Shown piece by piece: positions 50,649 to 60,220 of a stretch of 64,000 bases of DNA. A model generated the notes under the pieces. It did no database searches. It was not told the DNA's origin and saw only the letters and a list, made by a program, of their open reading frames with translations. The DNA lies in contig JBKBQD010000008.1 in assembly GCA_046292875.1 (NCBI GenBank), positions 17,567 to 81,566 of the forward strand, in the 5' to 3' direction. This DNA comes from Fimbriimonadaceae bacterium (GTDB lineage Bacteria > Armatimonadota > Fimbriimonadia > Fimbriimonadales > Fimbriimonadaceae). The position numbers and the translations under genes were made by a program. Position 1 is the first letter of the stretch; the number at the start of each line of letters is the position of its first letter.

Positions 50649-52372
50649 AATCCGCCTCCCGCCATCGCCACGGTCTCGCCCGTGGGCGGGCTCGGCTGGC
50701 TGTACAGATTGGCCGGTGCAATCGTCCGCACGACGCGCACGGGGCCACCGACGGCAGAGGCGTCGCGGGTCTCGACTTGCACCAAGTCGCCTTTCTCGTC
50801 GATTTCCAACTCCAGCTGCTTCCATGACGGCCGCATGCCCGCCGGATTGACCGCCATCATGCGGGCCGCGCCAATGCTGGCCTCCATGGGTTTAAGGAAC
50901 GTGTTCGGGTAAAGGCCGCCCCAAAGGGCAAAGAGCACGAGGGAACCCACGAGCGCGATTTCCCAAGGCTTGAGGTCTTTCAGCCGCCGGTTCTCGGGAT
51001 GGGTGACCGGGCCATAGAACATCTTCTGATACATCCACAGCAAGTACACCGCCGCCAGCACCACGCCAAACATGGCCGCCACCGCGATCCCGACGTTGAG
51101 GCCGTTCCAGCCGAGGTAACTCGCTTGGAAGGTCCCGAGCAGCGCCATGAACTCGCCGACAAAGCCGTTCGTGCCGGGCAGGCCCACGCTGGACAGCATG
51201 ATGATCAGGAACAGCGCCGCGTAGATCGGCATCTGCGACTTGAGGCCGCCGTACTCACTGAACAGCCGGGTGTGCCGCCGCTCATAGATCAGGCCAATGA
51301 GCAAGAACAGCGCGCCAGTGCTGATGCCGTGGTTCAGCTGCTGATAGGCGCCGCCCATGATGCCCATATGGGTCAGCGAGAAGATGCCGACCAAGATGAA
51401 GCCCATGTGCGCGACGGACGAATAGGCGACCAATTTCTTCACGTCTGGCTGCACCGCCGCCACGATCGCCCCATAGAGGATGCCGATGACCCCCAAGATC
51501 ATGATCGGCAGCACCATCTGGCCGATCACGTCGGGAAACAGCGGCAGGGAGAATCTCAGGAATCCGTAGGTGCCCATCTTCAGGAGCACGCCCGCCAGGA
51601 TGATCGAGCCCGCCGTCGGCGCTTCGACGTGCGCATCGGGCAGCCAGGTGTGGAAGGGGAACGCCGGGCACTTCACCAAGAACGCCACAGCAAACGCCCA
51701 GAAGAGCAGCGCCTGCAAGTGCATCGCGCCGGTCCACAGCTTGCCGTCCGCGACCGCGTCCTGAATCTCGATGATGCTGAAGGTCGCCACACCAGTCGCC
51801 TGCTTGTGGAGCAGGTAGATCGCGACCATGCCGACCAGCATGAAGATCGACCCGGCAAAGGTGTAGATGAAGAACTTCACCGAGGCGTATCCGCGCCGCT
51901 CGCCGCCCCAGATGGCGATGAGGAAATACATCGGGATCAGCGTCGCCTCGAAGAAGGCGTAAAACAGGATCATGTCGAGCGACACGAAGACGCCCAGCAT
52001 GGCCGTCTCCAGGATCAGCATCAAGATCATATAGGTCTTGACCCGCTCCTTGACGTACACGCTGAAGACCGTCGAGATCGCCATCAGGAACGTGGTCAGA
52101 AGGATGAGCCAGATGCTGATGCCGTCAACGCCGATGCTGTAGTGAATCCCCAGGTTCGGGAGCCATTCCGCAAACTCGCGAAGCTGGAAGTGATAGGTGT
52201 CGCCCTTGAATTGCGACAGCAGATAGAGCGACGCGCCAAAGGTCGCCACGGTGCCGAGAATCGCCGTTCCGCGCACCGCCTTGAGGTTCGCGCCGGGTAC
52301 GAATCCCAGCACGATCGCAAAAAGGATGGGCAGAAAGACCACCAGCGTCAGGATGCCAATGCCGCCCGCCAT
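50645..52372 (-). CDS. nuoM: NADH-quinone oxidoreductase subunit M, with about 75-aa C-terminal soluble extension
   Basis: The start MAGGIGILTL overlaps the nuoL stop (TAATG). NuoM/ND4 motifs are present (FLVKCPAFPFHTWLPDAHVEAPT). The tail after ..YPNTFLKPM is hydrophilic. Confidence 0.9.
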   Translation of the reverse strand: MAGGIGILTLVVFLPILFAIVLGFVPGANLKAVRGTAILGTVATFGASLYLLSQFKGDTYHFQLREFAEWLPNLGIHYSIGVDGISIWLILLTTFLMAISTVFSVYVKERVKTYMILMLILETAMLGVFVSLDMILFYAFFEATLIPMYFLIAIWGGERRGYASVKFFIYTFAGSIFMLVGMVAIYLLHKQATGVATFSIIEIQDAVADGKLWTGAMHLQALLFWAFAVAFLVKCPAFPFHTWLPDAHVEAPTAGSIILAGVLLKMGTYGFLRFSLPLFPDVIGQMVLPIMILGVIGILYGAIVAAVQPDVKKLVAYSSVAHMGFILVGIFSLTHMGIMGGAYQQLNHGISTGALFLLIGLIYERRHTRLFSEYGGLKSQMPIYAALFLIIMLSSVGLPGTNGFVGEFMALLGTFQASYLGWNGLNVGIAVAAMFGVVLAAVYLLWMYQKMFYGPVTHPENRRLKDLKPWEIALVGSLVLFALWGGLYPNTFLKPMEASIGAARMMAVNPAGMRPSWKQLELEIDEKGDLVQVETRDASAVGGPVRVVRTIAPANLYSQPSPPTGETVAMAGGGL

Positions 52373-54606
52373 TAGTTTGCTCCTCCGCCACGCGTCAGCA
52401 TATAAACGAGGTAGGCCACCAGCGCGACGCTGCCGAGCAGCATCATGAGCGCATAGCCGCGCGCATATCCCGTCTGGAACACGCGCAAGACCTTCGCCAA
52501 TCCACCGGTCACCGCGGCAACGCCGTTGACGGTCCGGTCGATCATGCCCACGTCCACGTCGCGATAGAGAATGCCGGCCAACTCGTCGCCGCCTTCCACC
52601 GATGCGGTCACCATCGCCTCGTCGTAACCGAATTGATGGAGGGCCGCACGTCGGAAGGGATTCCACTTGGACATATCCCAGCCTTCTTTGGCGGGGAGTC
52701 CCTTCCAATAGAAGAGCAGTCCGAGGAGCGTGCCCAAACTTGCCGCGATAATCGAAAGGTAAAGCAAGTCAATCGGCATGTCTTTCGGGTGGCCGTAGAC
52801 GTACTCCTTGGAAATGGTCGCCAGACCGTCAGGATAAAGCCAGTGCTCAAAGAGGTGGCCCTGATATAGGAAGTATCCGCCGCCGATCGAAAGTACGGCC
52901 AGCACCACGAGCGGCAGGATCATGCTGATGGGCGCCTCTTTCGGCGTGAACGACTCGTCCAAGTGCGCGTGGTGGTGATCGTCGTGCTCACTCGCCTCGC
53001 GCCGCTCCTGCTCCTCGGCGGTCATGAAGAAGCGGTGCTCGTCGGGGCCATGGTCATGATGCGCATGGTCGTGATGATCCGCATGATGGTCGTGGTGGTC
53101 GTCGTGGTGCGCGTGGTGCCCGGCGTGCGCTGGTATGAGACGCCAGCGCTCCTCCTTACCGAAGAAGGTCAGCATCGTCATGCGGAACATGTACCAAGCG
53201 GTGAGCATCGCACCAAACAGCGCCACCCATCCAATGGTGACGCCGAGGCTGTAGCCGTCATAGGTGGCTGCCTTGTTGCCAAACAGGGCGCCCAGAATCG
53301 CCTCTTTGGAATAGAAACCGGCGAACCCCAAACCAGGCGGAATCGCCAAACCTGCGATGGCGATGGTGCCGATCACCATCGTCCAGCATGTCCACGGCAG
53401 GTACTTGCGCAGATTGCCGTAGTTGCGCATGTCCTGGTCGTGGGCCATCGCGTAGATCACCGCGCCCGAGCCGAGGAAGAGCAGCGCCTTGAAGAAGGCG
53501 TGGGTCGTGACGTGGAACATGCCGGTCCAAAAGCCCGCCGCGCCGCAGCCCATGAACATGAAGCCCAGCTGCGATACGGTCGAATAGGCCAGCACCTTCT
53601 TGATGTCCGTCTGTCCAAACGCAATCAGCGCGGCAAAGATCGCGGTGAAACACCCGATCACCATCACCACGGCTCGCGCCGTCGGCGAAAGCTCGAAGAT
53701 CACCGCCATGCGGTTGAGCAAGAACACGCCCGCGGTTACCATCGTGGCGGCGTGAATCAGCGCCGAAACGGGGGTCGGGCCCGCCATGGCGTCGGGAAGC
53801 CACAAGTACAGCGGAAACTGCGCGGACTTGCCCATCGCGCCAACGAACAGCAAGAGCGCGATCGCCGTGGCGATGGCTGGCTTGTCGCCGAGCACGGCCA
53901 TCGCATTCGGCAAGATCACGTCGTAGCTGAGGAAGCGCTCGGTGTCGCCGCCCAACAGGTGGCGGTTCACGGCAAAGGTCACCAGCAACAGCGCCATGCC
54001 CAGCATGAGGCCCCAGTCGCCAATGCGGTTGACGATGAACGCCTTGTTCGCCGCGCGCGAGTTGGCCAGGTCCTTGTACCAATAGCCAATGAGCAGGTAG
54101 GAACAGAGGCCCACGCCTTCCCAGCCAATGAAGAGCAGAGGAAGGTTATTGCCGAGGACCAGCACCAGCATGAAGGCGACGAACAGGTTCAGGTAGGTGA
54201 AAAAGCGCGGATAGTCCCGATCCTCGGCCATGTAGCCGGTGGCATAAAGATGGATGAGCGAGCCGATGCCGGTGATGATGAGCACCATCGTCATCGAAAG
54301 CGGGTCGATCCGCAGCTCGAACGGGATCGAGAGCCCAAACACGCGAATCCACTCGAAGAGTGTCACGATCTCGAGCCGGTGGTGCTCGTTCATCGCGATG
54401 AGGTCCATCGTGACCTTCGCACCCAACACGAACGACAGCGCGATCGGCGCGACGGCCAGGAGGCCCATCGTCCACTTGCCCTTCTTCGGACCGAGCATGG
54501 CGACGACACGGCCGCCAAACAGCGCCTGGATGATCGAACCCAGCAGGGGGAGAAAGAGCACGAGCCAGATCAGTTGCTTGGTTCCTTCGCTCATTGGGTC
54601 ATCCAC
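52372..54606 (-). CDS. nuoL: NADH-quinone oxidoreductase subunit L, with His-rich insertion
   Basis: 744 aa with NuoL/ND5 motifs (GKSAQFPLYLWLPDAMAGPTPVSALIHAATMV). A His/Asp-rich segment of about 60 aa precedes the C-terminal region. Confidence 0.9.
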   Translation of the reverse strand: MDDPMSEGTKQLIWLVLFLPLLGSIIQALFGGRVVAMLGPKKGKWTMGLLAVAPIALSFVLGAKVTMDLIAMNEHHRLEIVTLFEWIRVFGLSIPFELRIDPLSMTMVLIITGIGSLIHLYATGYMAEDRDYPRFFTYLNLFVAFMLVLVLGNNLPLLFIGWEGVGLCSYLLIGYWYKDLANSRAANKAFIVNRIGDWGLMLGMALLLVTFAVNRHLLGGDTERFLSYDVILPNAMAVLGDKPAIATAIALLLFVGAMGKSAQFPLYLWLPDAMAGPTPVSALIHAATMVTAGVFLLNRMAVIFELSPTARAVVMVIGCFTAIFAALIAFGQTDIKKVLAYSTVSQLGFMFMGCGAAGFWTGMFHVTTHAFFKALLFLGSGAVIYAMAHDQDMRNYGNLRKYLPWTCWTMVIGTIAIAGLAIPPGLGFAGFYSKEAILGALFGNKAATYDGYSLGVTIGWVALFGAMLTAWYMFRMTMLTFFGKEERWRLIPAHAGHHAHHDDHHDHHADHHDHAHHDHGPDEHRFFMTAEEQERREASEHDDHHHAHLDESFTPKEAPISMILPLVVLAVLSIGGGYFLYQGHLFEHWLYPDGLATISKEYVYGHPKDMPIDLLYLSIIAASLGTLLGLLFYWKGLPAKEGWDMSKWNPFRRAALHQFGYDEAMVTASVEGGDELAGILYRDVDVGMIDRTVNGVAAVTGGLAKVLRVFQTGYARGYALMMLLGSVALVAYLVYMLTRGGGAN

Positions 54607-54976
54607 GCAGCAAGTTCAATTCGTCGACGTCCACGCTGTTGCGCAGGCGATAGATCGCCATGATGATGCCCAGCCCGACGGCCACCTCGGCAGCTGCGAC
54701 CGCCATCACAAAGATCACCATCATCTGACCAGCCATCCAGCCCTGCGCCGCCTCACCGGGAGTGCCGTAAAAGTACGGCTGATAGCGCGCAAAGGCAAGG
54801 AAAGTCAGGTTCACGGCGTTCAGCATCAGTTCGATGCACATGAAGATCACGATCGGGTTGCGGCGGACGATGACCCCGACCACCCCGGTGCAAAACATAA
54901 AGAGCCCAAGGGCCAAATAGCCCCAAAGCGGTACGCCCTGCGAAGGAACGGTCAGATCAATGGCGACCGGCGGCAT
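54599..54976 (-). CDS. nuoK: NADH-quinone oxidoreductase subunit K
   Basis: 125 aa with three TM helices and the motif RRNPIVIFMCIELMLNAVNL. Confidence 0.85.
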   Translation of the reverse strand: MPPVAIDLTVPSQGVPLWGYLALGLFMFCTGVVGVIVRRNPIVIFMCIELMLNAVNLTFLAFARYQPYFYGTPGEAAQGWMAGQMMVIFVMAVAAAEVAVGLGIIMAIYRLRNSVDVDELNLLRG

Positions 54977-54979
54977 CCG

Positions 54980-55504
54980 CTATATCCTCCTCTTGGCGAG
55001 CAGAATCGCCCCAACAATGCCGACCAGCAACAGCACGCTCGCCACGAGGAACGGCCACGCATAAGTCGTGAACAACGTCATGCCAATCGCTTGCGGCGAG
55101 CCGTAGGCGTCATTGGCATTCGGAATCGACATGTGGCGCAGAGGCCAGATCACCTGCGAGAACACCAGCACGAAGAGCGCCAGGCCCGCGACTCCGCCAA
55201 TGAGTCGCTTCAGGTCGCGACGCTCCGCCAGCATCGACGGCGCCCCCAAGTTCAGAAGCATGATCACGAAGAGGAACAGAACCATGATCGCCCCGGTATA
55301 GACCAGGATCTGCGAGATGCCGAGGAACTCCGCGTTCAGTGAGAAGTAAATGAACGCCAGGAAGAAGAAGTTGACGACCAGACAGAGCGCCGAGCGAACG
55401 GCGTTATTGAACGCCACGACCCCAACGGCAGCCAACGCCGCCACGGTCGCCAGGCCGCCAAAGACCAAGAACTCCAGGCTGATGTTCGGCAAGGCCACGT
55501 TCAT
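54980..55504 (-). CDS. nuoJ: NADH-quinone oxidoreductase subunit J
   Basis: 174 aa, polytopic, with NuoJ/ND6-like motifs (YTGAIMVLFLFVIMLL). The ATG overlaps the nuoH stop (ATGA). Confidence 0.85.
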   Translation of the reverse strand: MNVALPNISLEFLVFGGLATVAALAAVGVVAFNNAVRSALCLVVNFFFLAFIYFSLNAEFLGISQILVYTGAIMVLFLFVIMLLNLGAPSMLAERRDLKRLIGGVAGLALFVLVFSQVIWPLRHMSIPNANDAYGSPQAIGMTLFTTYAWPFLVASVLLLVGIVGAILLAKRRI

Positions 55505-56787
55505 GGCGTCACCTCAGCCTCTTGCGCTGCCGAAGACTCCCGCGCTGGATCGACCAGCCGGATGGAGCGTCGATACTCACCGCCATCCGCAGGCTTGCGA
55601 GACCGCAAGATCCCGCCAAACAGGGCCAGCGCCAAACCGACGCCGCCGAATGCCACCACCCAGCCAGCCGCGTCGCCATAGAGCCGGGTCACCACGATCC
55701 AGCACATCACGACGATGAAGTTCGCCACGGCAAGCGGCAGCAGCGACTTCCAGCCGAGCGACATCAACTGGTCATAGCGGAGCCTTGGAAGGATGGCCCG
55801 CAGCCAGACATAGAACGTGATTCCCGTGAAGCACTTGCCGATAAACACCATCGGCGCGATCCAGTAGTTGAGGCGGCCCATCAAGTCCCAAACCAGAGCC
55901 CAACCCGGGAAGTTCAGCATCAGGTACTCCCAATTGAACGGCAGCATGTTGTAGCCGCCGAGGAACAGCGTGCCAAAAATGCCGCTGAACAGGAACATCG
56001 CGGCGTACTCGCCCATGAAGAACACCGCGAACTTCATCGACGAGTACTCGGTGTGGTAGCCCGCGATGATCTCGTTCTCTGCCTCAGGAAGGTCGAACGG
56101 CGCGCGGTTGGTCTCCGCCACCATGCAAATCAGGAAGATCAAGGCCGCCAGGAATCCGAACGGCGTGAAGATAAACCAGCCCTGGACCGCCGGGAGAACG
56201 CCGTAAAGCGGCGCTTCCTGCGCGATCACGATGTCCGTCATGCGAAGGGAGCCGGACGCCAGGACAACCGTCGCGACCGAAACGCCCATGGCCAGCTCGT
56301 AGCTGATCAGCTGGGCGCTTGCCCGCAGGCCGCCCATCAGGGAGTACTTGTTGTTGGAGGCGTAGCCGGCCAGCACCACGCCGTAAACGCCCAGCGAACT
56401 GATCGCCAAGACAAAGAGCACACCGATATTGGCGTTGCTCACCGGGGTCAGCAGACCATAAACCCCGTGCGGCGGCCCCCAGGGAACGGTCCCGGCAAGG
56501 GCAAACGCGGGAAAGAGCGCTACCGCCGGCGCAAGGAAATAGATGACCCGGTCGACAGACTTTGGCGTGATGTCTTCCTTAAGGAAGAGCTTGATGCCAT
56601 CAGCCAATGGCTGAAGCAAGCCGAACGGCCCGACCCGGTTCGGACCCAGACGGTCCTGCATAAAGCTGAGCAAGCGGCGCTCCCACCAAATCAGGACCGG
56701 CACAATGGCCAGGATCAAGATAAGGAGCAACAGGACCCGAATGAGTCCCAATGCCAGGGGGTGAAGGCCTTGCAGCCACGCTTCCAT
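55501..56787 (-). CDS. nuoH: NADH-quinone oxidoreductase subunit H
   Basis: 428 aa with NuoH/ND1 motifs (WWERRLLSFMQDRLGPNRVGP, NRAPFDLPEAENE). It has a hydrophilic C-terminal tail. Confidence 0.9.
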   Translation of the reverse strand: MEAWLQGLHPLALGLIRVLLLLILILAIVPVLIWWERRLLSFMQDRLGPNRVGPFGLLQPLADGIKLFLKEDITPKSVDRVIYFLAPAVALFPAFALAGTVPWGPPHGVYGLLTPVSNANIGVLFVLAISSLGVYGVVLAGYASNNKYSLMGGLRASAQLISYELAMGVSVATVVLASGSLRMTDIVIAQEAPLYGVLPAVQGWFIFTPFGFLAALIFLICMVAETNRAPFDLPEAENEIIAGYHTEYSSMKFAVFFMGEYAAMFLFSGIFGTLFLGGYNMLPFNWEYLMLNFPGWALVWDLMGRLNYWIAPMVFIGKCFTGITFYVWLRAILPRLRYDQLMSLGWKSLLPLAVANFIVVMCWIVVTRLYGDAAGWVVAFGGVGLALALFGGILRSRKPADGGEYRRSIRLVDPARESSAAQEAEVTP

Positions 56788-56866
56788 GAACCGCGCATAA
56801 CTGTACCCGCGTCCCGCGCGTGATAAGGTCTGCTGCCGCGGCGTATGAATTGGGCTTGGCCATCAC

Positions 56867-58018
56867 ATGTACACTCAGCCCATGAGCGCGCCGGCAGAAA
56901 TGAGTCCGGTCGCCGTGTATGTCCACACTCCGTTCTGTCCCACGAAGTGTGGTTACTGCGATTTCAACAGCTACGCCATGTCCGGCCCGATCGTCGAGAG
57001 GACCGTCTACGCCATTGAGCGGGAAATCCGTTCCTCCCCGGTGGCCGGGCGACCCGCCAAAACCGTGTTTTTTGGCGGCGGCACGCCCACCCTGCTCGAG
57101 GCGAATGACCTCGCGCGGCTGTTGCGCGCGGTGTTTGACACCCATCCGCCGCTACCGGACGCCGAGGTCACCTCAGAGGCAAACCCCGGAGCCGTCGACG
57201 CCGCCAAGTTCGTCGCCATGCGCGAGGCGGGTTTCAACCGCGTCAGCATCGGAGCTCAAAGCTTTCGTTCCGATGATCTCGTGCGGCTGGGCCGTGTTCA
57301 CGCCGTCGACGATGTGGGGCGTGCGGTTGCCGCGGCCCGCGCCGCCGGGTTCGACAATCTGAATCTCGACCTGATGTTTGCCCTCCCTGGACAAAGCGTC
57401 CCCGCCTGGCGGCGCAATCTCGACCGGGCCCTTGCGCTTGAGCCCGAACACCTCAGTCTCTACTGCCTGACCTTGGAGCCCAACACACCGTTTTATAAGG
57501 AGTGGCTCCGTGGAACCCTGGTTCAGCCGGACGAGGAGGCCCAGATCGAGATGTACGACGTCGCCGTTGAGGCCACCGCGGCCGCAGGGTTCGCCCTCTA
57601 TGAGATCAGCAACTTTGCGCGGCCTGGTCGGGAGTGTCTCCACAACCTCTGCTATTGGCGCGGCGAGGACTATGCCGGCTACGGTCCTGGCGCAGTCGGC
57701 TGCTTGACGACGGGAGCCGGTCGCGTGAGAACCACGAACGTGAAGCACCCACTGCGATACTGTGAGGCGGTAGAAGCCGACACACCGCTGGCCTGTGAGA
57801 CAGACCCGCTGAGTCCCGAGGACGAGGCGCTGGAACGGGTGATGCTCGGACTCCGGCTCGCCGAGGGAATAGCGGCCAACGACCCGGCGCTCACCGACTA
57901 CGGCATGAACCGCGCCGTCGATCAGGGCTGGGCCATCGTGAAGGACAGTCGTCTCCGCCTTACCCCGACGGGGCGCCGACTCCACCACGAGGTGGTGCTG
58001 TTGGTGATGAAAGCCTAG
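56867..58018 (+). CDS. hemW: radical SAM heme chaperone HemW (HemN-like, oxygen-independent coproporphyrinogen oxidase family)
   Basis: It has the CxxxCxxC cluster (HTPFCPTKCGYCDFNS), GGGTPT and a HemN_C-like C-terminus. The start is 56867 or 56882. Confidence 0.85.
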   Translation: MYTQPMSAPAEMSPVAVYVHTPFCPTKCGYCDFNSYAMSGPIVERTVYAIEREIRSSPVAGRPAKTVFFGGGTPTLLEANDLARLLRAVFDTHPPLPDAEVTSEANPGAVDAAKFVAMREAGFNRVSIGAQSFRSDDLVRLGRVHAVDDVGRAVAAARAAGFDNLNLDLMFALPGQSVPAWRRNLDRALALEPEHLSLYCLTLEPNTPFYKEWLRGTLVQPDEEAQIEMYDVAVEATAAAGFALYEISNFARPGRECLHNLCYWRGEDYAGYGPGAVGCLTTGAGRVRTTNVKHPLRYCEAVEADTPLACETDPLSPEDEALERVMLGLRLAEGIAANDPALTDYGMNRAVDQGWAIVKDSRLRLTPTGRRLHHEVVLLVMKA

Positions 58019-58183
58019 TCCTTCATTTGCCGCTGCCCAAACGCAATCCGTCAAAAACGCACAGCATTCGGCGTTTTTGGCGAAGACGCCTCAGCGCGCG
58101 AATCTACACTTTCTAGTGAAGTTTGGGCGCGCCGCCTGGAAAGCATAGACGCGCCCGGGCCGATCCCTTGATTGGAGACCTGC

Positions 58184-58969
58184 ATGAAGAAGCTTAGCCC
58201 AAGTACGCGCGCCTTTACGCTCATTGAACTCCTCGTCGTCATCGCGATCATCGCGATTCTTGCCTCGATCCTCTTCCCCGTATTCACTCAAGCCAAGGAA
58301 GCCGCCAAGAAGACCGTCTCGCTGAGCAATGTGAAGCAGCTTGGCCTCGCCTCAACGCTCTACTTTGCCGACTACGACGACACCGTCTATCCCGCGTATT
58401 ACTTTGACTCCGGGCAGTCCGACACCCCGAACTTCGGCGTGTTTCGCTGGCCGAACCTCCTGACGTCCTACACCAAGTCGCGGCAGGTGTTTCGCTCACC
58501 GTCGGATACCCGGACCGTCGTTTCGGCGATCTGCGGCACCACGGCAACGACCTGCCTTGACCCTTCCAACCCCTACCTCGAATATGTGTGGAGCCTGCTG
58601 CCCAGCTATGGGCTCAACTGGACGGCCCTGGCCCCCGATTACCGCTGGCTCCCCGGGACACCGCTCAATACGATGTCCACGAACTTTTCGCGAGGAATCA
58701 GCTTGACGACCGTTGAGGCGCCCGCCGACACGCTCATGCTCGTCGACAGCACCTGGGGCGACCCGATGAATCCCACGACCTTGGCCTACGGCTATTACGT
58801 CGTCAATCCGCCTGCGCTCTGGACCGGCGCTCCGCCGCTCACCCGAACTTCGTACGGCTGGACCCTGCCCCGCCACAACAATATGGCGATGACGACGTTC
58901 GTCGACGGCCATGCCAAGCTGGTCCCGCTCGGCAAGCTGCGCGATGAGACGATCTGGGATCGCGAGTAG
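58184..58969 (+). CDS. prepilin-type N-terminal cleavage/methylation domain protein, DUF1559 / H-X9-DG family
   Basis: It has [26 protein letters not shown] (a type IV pilin-like leader) and a C-terminal [13 protein letters not shown] (H-X9-DG). Confidence 0.85.
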   Translation: MKKLSPSTRAFTLIELLVVIAIIAILASILFPVFTQAKEAAKKTVSLSNVKQLGLASTLYFADYDDTVYPAYYFDSGQSDTPNFGVFRWPNLLTSYTKSRQVFRSPSDTRTVVSAICGTTATTCLDPSNPYLEYVWSLLPSYGLNWTALAPDYRWLPGTPLNTMSTNFSRGISLTTVEAPADTLMLVDSTWGDPMNPTTLAYGYYVVNPPALWTGAPPLTRTSYGWTLPRHNNMAMTTFVDGHAKLVPLGKLRDETIWDRE

Positions 58970-58970
58970 C

Positions 58971-59126
58971 ATGAACTGGCGTTGGTGGGTGATTGGCCTC
59001 GGCGTGGTCGCGCTGGCCTTCATGGTGGTGACGCAGATCCTGATGCGGCCGGACCCGTCGATCCCGACAGAGCCGGTCGAGGCGGGGGCCATGCCCATGC
59101 ACGACGCTCCTGAGAAAGGGACCTAA
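58971..59126 (+). CDS. small single-pass membrane protein (hypothetical)
   Basis: The ATG lies 1 nt after the upstream stop. It has one TM helix (WWVIGLGVVALAFMVV). There is no family call. Confidence 0.3.
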   Translation: MNWRWWVIGLGVVALAFMVVTQILMRPDPSIPTEPVEAGAMPMHDAPEKGT

Positions 59127-60220
59127 GCGCGCTCGGCAAGTTCCACAATTGCGGCCGCGGCGCGATCGATGGCGTCGCTGCCGCCCAGAAGCTGGTCCAG
59201 CTCCGTGAACGCCGCCAGTTGTGCCCGCCGGGTTTCGGTGTCCCCGAGAAGGCGATCCACCCACCCACGAATGGCGACGGGCGTCGCGGCTTCCTGAATC
59301 AGTTCGGGAACGACCTCGCGCTCCAGGATGAGGTTCGGAAGCGCAATAAACGGAATGTGCATGAAGGGCTTCCGCAACCGCCCCTCAATCACCGCCACGC
59401 CTGCCAGTCGGTACACCACCACCATCGGGCAATGGGACAGGGCAGCTTCGAGCGTTGCCGAGCCGCTGCACACCACCGCGGCGCGCGCCCGCCGGAGCAC
59501 GCCGACCGTATCGCCCTGGGTAAAGGTGTCCTTTCTTCCGGGCACAAGGCGCTCCCACATCGCGCGAAGCACGCCCGCATTCAGCGAGGTCGCCACAGCA
59601 AATTCAACGGGCACATCGAGGTCCCGCACGGCCCCCGCAATCGCCGGGAGATTGGCGCGGATCTCATGGCTCCGGCTGCCAGGCAGTACGGCCAACCCTG
59701 TGCCCGCTTCTTGGCCACGCGCGGCGATGCGCTGCTTGAGCGGGTGGCCATACCAGCGGGCGTCGGCCCCATAACCCCGAAGGATCTCTGCTGACCATGG
59801 AAAGGGCGTCACCACGATGTCGCTCACTTTGGGGATATGCTGCCCCTGTCGCGTTCGCCGCCAGCTGCCGGGCGGCACGAAGTACAAGACCTTCCAGCCG
59901 TGCGCTTTGGCGAAGCGGGCCAGCCTGACGTTGACAAAGCCAAAGTCGATCGGCACGAAGACGCCCTTCGGGCCCTGGGCCAGACGTCGCTTGGCGCGCC
60001 GATAGCCCGCAAGGACACGCGGTCCGACGCCGATCGACGAGATGATGCCGATGGCCCCCCAGTGACTGCTGTCCGCCACAAGCGTTGCCCCGGCCTCTCT
60101 GGCGCGCGCGCCGCCGACGGCTTCAAAGCGCGCTGCCGGAGCCAGCGCGCGAACGCCTTCGATCAGCTCTGCGGCATAGGCGTCGCCCGAGGCCTCGCCA
60201 GCGGAAAAGAAGAAGGTCAC
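59123..60220 (-). CDS. lpxB: lipid-A-disaccharide synthase
   Basis: 365 aa with the N-terminus FFSAGEASGD and a GT19 layout. It overlaps the lpxA stop. Confidence 0.85.
   Translation of the reverse strand: MTFFFSAGEASGDAYAAELIEGVRALAPAARFEAVGGARAREAGATLVADSSHWGAIGIISSIGVGPRVLAGYRRAKRRLAQGPKGVFVPIDFGFVNVRLARFAKAHGWKVLYFVPPGSWRRTRQGQHIPKVSDIVVTPFPWSAEILRGYGADARWYGHPLKQRIAARGQEAGTGLAVLPGSRSHEIRANLPAIAGAVRDLDVPVEFAVATSLNAGVLRAMWERLVPGRKDTFTQGDTVGVLRRARAAVVCSGSATLEAALSHCPMVVVYRLAGVAVIEGRLRKPFMHIPFIALPNLILEREVVPELIQEAATPVAIRGWVDRLLGDTETRRAQLAAFTELDQLLGGSDAIDRAAAAIVELAERA

Noticed and set aside
52373-52708. Upstream 111-codon extension of the nuoM ORF (MEGTPRQRRLGY...)
   Set aside because: It overlaps the 3' end of nuoL out of frame and is Arg/Gly-rich junk. 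The NuoM hydrophobic N-terminus begins at MAGGIGIL (ATG at 52372), which overlaps the nuoL stop.
52963-54663. 566-aa plus-strand ORF (also 50999-52375, 55522-56823 and 54254-55342) across the nuo genes
   Set aside because: These are long antisense ORFs typical of high-G+C DNA. The minus-strand frames carry unmistakable NuoH/J/K/L/M motifs, while these translate to Arg/His/Asp-rich nonsense.
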